Of a DNA stretch of 64,000 nucleotides, positions 58,455-64,000 are shown one piece after another. The stretch's first letter is position 1, and every line of letters begins with the position of its first letter. Source of the DNA: an uncultured delta proteobacterium (GTDB lineage Bacteria; Myxococcota_A; Polyangia; Fen-1088); assembly GCA_963796685.1 (NCBI GenBank), contig CAWCMR010000009.1, positions 160,001 through 224,000 of the forward strand, in the 5' to 3' direction. Both the position numbers and the translations under genes were made by a program. Below the pieces are notes generated by a model that saw nothing but the letters and a program-made list of their open reading frames with translations, had not been told where the DNA came from and made no database searches.

Positions 58455-60464
58455 ATGCGAAACGGACTTTTCGGCCCCGTCGCCGGTGCATTGCTCGCCT
58501 TGACCCTGGCGCCCCAGGGCTGCGGCTCCGGTGGCGGGACACCAGGTGGGACATCCGGAGGCTCCAACGGGGGTGCGGCCGGTGGACCGTCCGGAGGCTC
58601 CGGTGGCACGGCAAACGGCACATCTGGCGGCTCCGGCGGCAGGGCCGCGAGCAGCAGCGGTGGCAGCGCCAGCGGCGGTTCGAAGGGAGATGGCGGAGCC
58701 TTGGGCAGCGGTGGAGGTGGGGCTGGCGGCAACGGCCAAGCGGCCGGTTCGGGTGGCGGAGCGGCCTGTTCCAGCGTGGCGCCATGTGGCGGTGACGTCA
58801 TCGGGACCTGGACCGTGACGTCATCATGCCTGGCCCTGTCGGGGAACATGGACGGAAAGCTGCTCGAGCTGGGATGCCCTACCGTGCCCGTCGTCGGCAG
58901 CCTGAACGTGACGGGAACGTGGACCGCCAACGCCAGCGGATTGTATGTGGACAACACGACCACCAAGGGCACCATCACCTTCCCGCTCGACCCCTCGTGC
59001 CTCATCATTTCGTCGACGCCGGTCGAGTGCTCCAAGATTGGCAGCATCTTCACCGCGGCAGGCTGGGCCACTGCCTCGTGTACCAACGACACCGGCACCT
59101 GCAACTGCACGGCCACTGCCAACCAGACCGGCGGCATCGGCGCGATTACCCCTTATGCGGCGCCCAGCGGGACGTACACGACATCGGGCAGTGGGCTCAA
59201 CCTCGACGACTATGTGGACTACGCCTACTGCGTTTCGGCAAACACGTTGGCCCTGACGCCACAGCCGACGGGACAGCCCTTGACGGGCACGGTCGTTCTG
59301 CAGAAAAACGCCGCCCCGGGGACAGGCGGAGCCGGCGGCTCCACTGGCTCCGGCGGAGCAAGCAACGCCTCGGGAGGAAGAGCCGGCGCGGGCGGTGCCG
59401 CCGGCCAGGCCGGTTCGGGCGGAAGGACCGGTGCAGGCGGAGGGGCGGGCTCTGGCGGCACCAACGGGTCAGGCGGAACAACTGGCGCTGGCGGCGCCAC
59501 TGGGCCTTGCGATATCTTTGCGGCTGCCAGCACGCCCTGCGTGGCCGCACACAGCGTGGTCAGGGCGCTCTATGGCGCCTACGACAAGCCCCTCTATCAG
59601 GTCAGGCGCGCCTCGGACAACGCCACGAAAGACATCCTGCCCCTGGCCGCCGGTGGCATCGCCGACACCGCGCCAGAGGACACCTTCTGCGCCGGCTCGA
59701 CCTGTGTCCTGACCGTCGTCTACGATCAATCGGGCAAGGGAAACGACCTGTGGTACCAGGGCTCGACGCAGGTCCCCGCATCGCCCTCGAGCAGCCCGGC
59801 GAAAGCGACCGTCGACGCGGTGACGATCGGCGGCCACAAGGTCTACTCCGTGTACATCAGTCCGGGGAATTGCTACTGGCACGACGGTTCCAAGTCGGGC
59901 ATGGCAACCGGTAGCCAACCCGAGGGAATGTACATGGTGACCAGCAGTCGGCACGCCAACGGCGGCTGTTGCTTCGACTATGGCAACAGCGAAACCGACC
60001 GAACTGCAGATGGATCGGGGGCTATGGATTCCCTCAATTTCAGCACGACCGGCACCTGGGGCACCGGGGCCGGATCCGGTCCATGGGTGATGGCCGATCT
60101 CGAGTACGGACTATTCGCCGAAGGCGACAGCAAGAGCAACTCGAAGGATCCCGCCCAGACGGCCCCGTTCGTCACCGCGGTGTTGAAGAACAACGGCACG
60201 ACGGAATACGCGCTGAGGGGTGCCGATGCAACTTCGGGCAGCCTGGCCACGTACTACAAGGGTGCGCTGCCTGGAGGCTGGAGCCCGATGAAGAAGCAGG
60301 GTGCGCTCATCCTCGGCTGTGGCGGCGACTGCTGCAAGCCCAGTGGCGGCGCCAACGCCAGCTCGGGAATCTTCTTCGAAGGGGCGATTGTCACCGGCTA
60401 TCCGAGCGACGCAACGGAAGAAGCGATTCAGGCGAACATCGTGGCCGCCGGATACGGCAAATAG
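58455..60464 (+). CDS. abfB: GH54 alpha-L-arabinofuranosidase B lipoprotein with an extra Cys-rich domain
   Basis: GPCDI......PCVAAHS.VRALY, LYQVRR.SD, YDQSG.GN.L, GCCFDYGN.E, GPWVMADLE.G, M.KQGA.ILG.GGD, GYPSDATE..IQANIVAAGY. Confidence 0.92.
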   Translation: MRNGLFGPVAGALLALTLAPQGCGSGGGTPGGTSGGSNGGAAGGPSGGSGGTANGTSGGSGGRAASSSGGSASGGSKGDGGALGSGGGGAGGNGQAAGSGGGAACSSVAPCGGDVIGTWTVTSSCLALSGNMDGKLLELGCPTVPVVGSLNVTGTWTANASGLYVDNTTTKGTITFPLDPSCLIISSTPVECSKIGSIFTAAGWATASCTNDTGTCNCTATANQTGGIGAITPYAAPSGTYTTSGSGLNLDDYVDYAYCVSANTLALTPQPTGQPLTGTVVLQKNAAPGTGGAGGSTGSGGASNASGGRAGAGGAAGQAGSGGRTGAGGGAGSGGTNGSGGTTGAGGATGPCDIFAAASTPCVAAHSVVRALYGAYDKPLYQVRRASDNATKDILPLAAGGIADTAPEDTFCAGSTCVLTVVYDQSGKGNDLWYQGSTQVPASPSSSPAKATVDAVTIGGHKVYSVYISPGNCYWHDGSKSGMATGSQPEGMYMVTSSRHANGGCCFDYGNSETDRTADGSGAMDSLNFSTTGTWGTGAGSGPWVMADLEYGLFAEGDSKSNSKDPAQTAPFVTAVLKNNGTTEYALRGADATSGSLATYYKGALPGGWSPMKKQGALILGCGGDCCKPSGGANASSGIFFEGAIVTGYPSDATEEAIQANIVAAGYGK

Positions 60465-60776
60465 GTCGGGGGCTCCGAGGAACGCCGCGGCTCGACATGC
60501 GCGACGGGTGCGGGCGGACAACGCAGCCCCGCGGCAGAGCGACATCGCAATGCGGCACGACGGCGAACGGCGCCCCCCCTAGCCGCACCCATACAATCGG
60601 CGACGGTCATGACACGCGGGTCAAGTCCGGGAGCATCATGCTGTCAAAGCAGATGGACTTCCGTGGCTGCTCCCACTGCTCAGCCTGACGGGTGCTCGTA
60701 CCGGTTCTATTCGCCAGTCGCGGTCACCCTTCATAGCCACGAAACCGAACACCTCCACACAGCAAAGAGGACGATC

Positions 60777-63614
60777 ATGAGAAGCTCAATCTTGTCGCGA
60801 CGGGGCGCCACCCTACTCGTTAGCATGCTTTGTCTCCCGGCCTGCGGGACCAGCAGTCATCCAAGCGACAACGGCTCCGGGGGTAGCTCCAGTCCGGGCG
60901 CGGCGGGTGGAAACACGGGGACCGTCGGCAGCGGAGGCACGGCCGGTAAGACTGGCAGCGGAACCGGAGGGGCTGCCGGAGGACAGGCAGGCGCGGGAGC
61001 CGGCGGGACGGGAGCGGGCGGCAGAGGACTTGGAGGGGCGGCAGCGGGAGGCCAAGCAGGGACCGCAGTCGGTGGGTCGGGAGTGGCCGGCAGAGGAAGT
61101 GGCGGAGCGGGAGGAACAGCGGCGGGAGGCCAGTCCGGCGCGGGAGCGGGTGGAAGGGGCGGCAGCGCAGCCGGAGGCGCTGCGACGGGCGGCCAGCCCG
61201 GCACTGGAACGGGTGGCGCAGCGGCCTCAGGGGGTGGCGGCGCGGGCGGCGCGGGCGGTTCGAGCAGCTCGGCCGCCACGCTCGTCAACAATTACGATGG
61301 CGCCCGTTCGACCACGGTCAGCTTCGACCAGGGATGGAAGTTCCATCTCGGCGACGTGACAGGCGCGCAAGCAACGACTTTCGACGACTCGGCCTGGACG
61401 TCTTTGAACGTGCCCCATGACTGGAGCATCTCGCTGGCGTTCAATCAAAGCTCAAAAGCTGGCGGCGGCGGTGGCTACCTCGATGGCGGCACGGGCTGGT
61501 ACCGCAAGACGTTCACGCTGCCCGCCTCGAGCTCGGGACAGAAGGTCTTTGTCCAGTTCGACGGTGTCTACATGGACAGCACGGTGTACCTCAACGGCAC
61601 GCAAGTAGGCGCCCGTCCCTATGGTTTCTCCTCCTTCGAATGTGACCTGACCGCCAGTGCCAAGTTTGGCGCATCGAACGTGCTTGCCGTCCGGGTCAAC
61701 AACCAGCAGCCCAGCAGCCGCTGGTACTCGGGCAGCGGCATCTACCGTCACACTTGGCTCAAGACCGTGAACCCCGTGCGGGTCGCCTATACCGGCGCAT
61801 TCGTGACCACGCCGCAGGCCTCGGCCACGAGCGCCACGGTAAACATCGCGGTGACCGTGCAGAACGACGCAACAGCCGACCAATCGGTGACGGTCGCCAG
61901 CTCGGTTCGCGACGCCTCCGGAGCCGAGGTAGCGAAAGGCTCTTCGGCCGCGACCACGGTGGCCGCCGGAAAGACCGCCGACGTGACCTATACCGCGACC
62001 GTGTCCAATCCCAAACTGTGGTCACCATCGTCGCCGACTCTCTACGCCGCGGTGACAACCGTATCGGCGGGAGGCGCCGTGGTCGACACGTATACGACGT
62101 CTTTCGGGATCCGCACCTTCGCGTTCGACGCGAACAAGGGCTTCACCCTCAATGGTCAGAGCGTAAAGCTCAACGGCACGTGCAATCACCACGACCTCGG
62201 CGCCCTCGGCGCCGCGGTGAACAACCGCGCCATCGAGAAACACCTCCAGATGCTCAAGGACATGGGCGTCAATGCGCTTCGCACGTCGCACAACCCGCCC
62301 GCACCCGAGTTCCTCGACATGGCCGATCGCATGGGTTTCCTTGTGATGGATGAGGCATTCGACTGCTGGGACCAGGGCAAGAATACGTACGACTACGGAC
62401 GATTCTTCAATCAGTGGTCCAAGACCGATATCGGGGACATGGTGATGCGCGACCGCAACCACCCAGGCATCATCATTTGGAGCATCGGAAACGAGATTCC
62501 CGATGACAACAACGCCACCGTCGCACAATCCCTCATCACGGCGGTCAAGGCCAAGGACACCACGCGCGTGATCGGTCAAGCCTTTGCCTCCGGTGCCACC
62601 GGCGCCGCGACAGCTCCCTTGGAAGATGTGGTCGGCCTCAACTACGCTCCGTACTCGTATGCCGGGACGCACTCGAGCAATCCGACCTGGAAGCTCTTCG
62701 GCAGCGAGACCTCGTCCGCGGTGCGGAGTCGTAACGTCTACAAGACGCCGGTCACAACGAATATCCTGTCATCCAGCGACAACCAGTGCTCGTCCTACGA
62801 CAACAGCGTGGTGTCCTGGGGAACGAGCGCCGAGAGCTCGTGGCAGACCGTCAATGCGGACGCTTACATTGCCGGCGAGTTCATCTGGACAGGCTGGGAC
62901 TACATTGGCGAGCCCACGCCGTATGGCTGGCCGTCCAAGAGCTCGTACTTCGGTGCTATCGACACGGCCGGCTTCCCCAAGGACATCTTCTACTTCTACC
63001 AGAGCAAGTGGAACGCCAGTGGCCCCACCATGGTCCACATCGTACCGATGGACTGGACGAGTTGGACGGCGGGGCAATCCGTGACTGTCTGGGTCTACAG
63101 CAATGCGGACAGCGTCGAGCTCTTCCTCAACGACAAGTCCCAGGGTTCGAAGACCATCTCCGCCACGACTGCGCACGCCCAGTGGTCAGTCCCATTCGCG
63201 ACTGGCACACTCCAGGCGAAGGCCACCAAGGGTGGTACAGTCGTCGCAACCGACACCGTTCAAACCGCTGGGGCCGCCGCCGCCTTGGCGCTCAAGGCCG
63301 ACCGCGCATCGATCGCCGCGGATGGCAGCGACCTGTCCTACGTCGAGGTGGACATCCTCGACGCGCAGGGCGTGGTTGTGCCGCAAGCCAAGAACACCAT
63401 CGCCTTCACGATCAGCGGTCCCGGCGCCCTGGTGGGCCTCGATGCCGGAGATTCCACGAACCACGATTCCTACAAAGGCACCTCGCACGCTGCGTTCAGC
63501 GGCAAGCTGATGGCCATCGTTCAGTCCACCACCACCGCCGGAACGATTACCTTGAAGGCGACCTCCGGCTCGCTCACGGCAGGCTCGGTCGACATCACCA
63601 CGACGGCACCCTAA
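60777..63614 (+). CDS. GH2 beta-galactosidase-like lipoprotein with Gly tether
   Basis: LPAC lipobox; VPHDWSI, GWYRKTF, FDGVY, SRWYSGSGIYR, HHDLG.LG, RTSHNPP, RNHP.II.WSIGNE, G.F.WTG.DY.GEPTP. Confidence 0.93.
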   Translation: MRSSILSRRGATLLVSMLCLPACGTSSHPSDNGSGGSSSPGAAGGNTGTVGSGGTAGKTGSGTGGAAGGQAGAGAGGTGAGGRGLGGAAAGGQAGTAVGGSGVAGRGSGGAGGTAAGGQSGAGAGGRGGSAAGGAATGGQPGTGTGGAAASGGGGAGGAGGSSSSAATLVNNYDGARSTTVSFDQGWKFHLGDVTGAQATTFDDSAWTSLNVPHDWSISLAFNQSSKAGGGGGYLDGGTGWYRKTFTLPASSSGQKVFVQFDGVYMDSTVYLNGTQVGARPYGFSSFECDLTASAKFGASNVLAVRVNNQQPSSRWYSGSGIYRHTWLKTVNPVRVAYTGAFVTTPQASATSATVNIAVTVQNDATADQSVTVASSVRDASGAEVAKGSSAATTVAAGKTADVTYTATVSNPKLWSPSSPTLYAAVTTVSAGGAVVDTYTTSFGIRTFAFDANKGFTLNGQSVKLNGTCNHHDLGALGAAVNNRAIEKHLQMLKDMGVNALRTSHNPPAPEFLDMADRMGFLVMDEAFDCWDQGKNTYDYGRFFNQWSKTDIGDMVMRDRNHPGIIIWSIGNEIPDDNNATVAQSLITAVKAKDTTRVIGQAFASGATGAATAPLEDVVGLNYAPYSYAGTHSSNPTWKLFGSETSSAVRSRNVYKTPVTTNILSSSDNQCSSYDNSVVSWGTSAESSWQTVNADAYIAGEFIWTGWDYIGEPTPYGWPSKSSYFGAIDTAGFPKDIFYFYQSKWNASGPTMVHIVPMDWTSWTAGQSVTVWVYSNADSVELFLNDKSQGSKTISATTAHAQWSVPFATGTLQAKATKGGTVVATDTVQTAGAAAALALKADRASIAADGSDLSYVEVDILDAQGVVVPQAKNTIAFTISGPGALVGLDAGDSTNHDSYKGTSHAAFSGKLMAIVQSTTTAGTITLKATSGSLTAGSVDITTTAP

Positions 63615-63674
63615 CCCACCCAGTCGCGATGGCGAAGCCGGGCTCGACCCGGCGTAGCCAGAACGCGGGAAGGC

Positions 63675-63699
63675 ATGGAAACCCTCCGAGGGTTTCCAT
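63675..63699. terminator. Perfect palindrome between convergent genes (terminator or REP)
   Basis: ATGGAAACCCT-ccg-AGGGTTTCCAT. Confidence 0.55.
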
Positions 63700-63767
63700 A
63701 TCAACGGTTTGCGTCGGGTGCGCGGGAGCGAGAAGGTCCATGGCCCACCAAGCCCGTCTTCCACCAG

Positions 63768-64000
63768 CTATTTCGCGCTTACCGTCACCGCCGAGCCATC
63801 GTACTTCACCACTTGGTCCGCGGTGGCCGTGACATCCACGCCAGCGCCGTGGTTCGCGCTGACCCAAACGATGTTGAACGTCCTCGTGGCCGGCATGCCG
63901 GTATAGCTGCCCTCCCGAGCGCCAATGGAGAGCTGTTGCGAGGCATCGTTCCACGACAACGCGATCTCCGCATGCTGCCCGGTTTCGTAGTTGTACGAAT
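63768..64000 (-). CDS. C-terminus of a GH31 alpha-xylosidase-like protein (DUF5110-like end), partial
   Basis: SYNYETG....I.LSWND..QQL.IG.R.GSY.GM...R.F.IV.V ... V.YDG; runs off the window edge. Confidence 0.7.
   Translation of the reverse strand, partial: SYNYETGQHAEIALSWNDASQQLSIGAREGSYTGMPATRTFNIVWVSANHGAGVDVTATADQVVKYDGSAVTVSAK

Noticed and set aside
60500-60620. GCGGCA-type boxes and GACGGTCAT upstream of GH2
   Set aside because: No properly spaced sigma54 site or -35 half of the ECF motif; may be chance in GC-rich DNA.

Overview
A high-GC window whose gene content points, by inference, to Myxococcota (Polyangia-like): MYXO-CTERM tails, myxobacterial Cys-rich repeats, fibro-slime proteins, Hanks-type kinases and sigma54 enhancer-binding proteins. 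Left part (1-13.3 kb): a broken FG-GAP gene, a close homologue of the eukaryotic N-degron enzyme NTAQ1/WDYHV1, an esterase plus GH141-like lipoprotein pair, a Ser/Thr kinase and two fibro-slime proteins. Middle (13.9-37.6 kb): czcBA-like RND genes with a sigma54 two-component system, an HTTM/SdpA-like pair, a kinase-PEGA-Cys-rich lipoprotein operon, and a split TolC / MexEF-like pump around a second sigma54 system. Right part (37.7-64 kb): a dense hemicellulase cluster (CE1-like, three GH43-type, GH127/146, GH30, GH141-like, GH54, GH2, partial GH31). Each complete enzyme sits on a Gly/Ser/Thr-rich tether anchored by either an N-terminal lipobox or a C-terminal MYXO-CTERM. Two ECF sigma genes are embedded, and a shared promoter-like motif (G-N-N-ACA-N16-GACA[GC]T) precedes two enzymes and both sigma genes. 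Also seen: a three-gene operon collapsed by internal deletions, a 167-bp MITE, a candidate sRNA and two single-base frameshifts. No rRNA, tRNA, CRISPR array or transposase was recognised. All family calls are from motifs read by eye; no database search was run.
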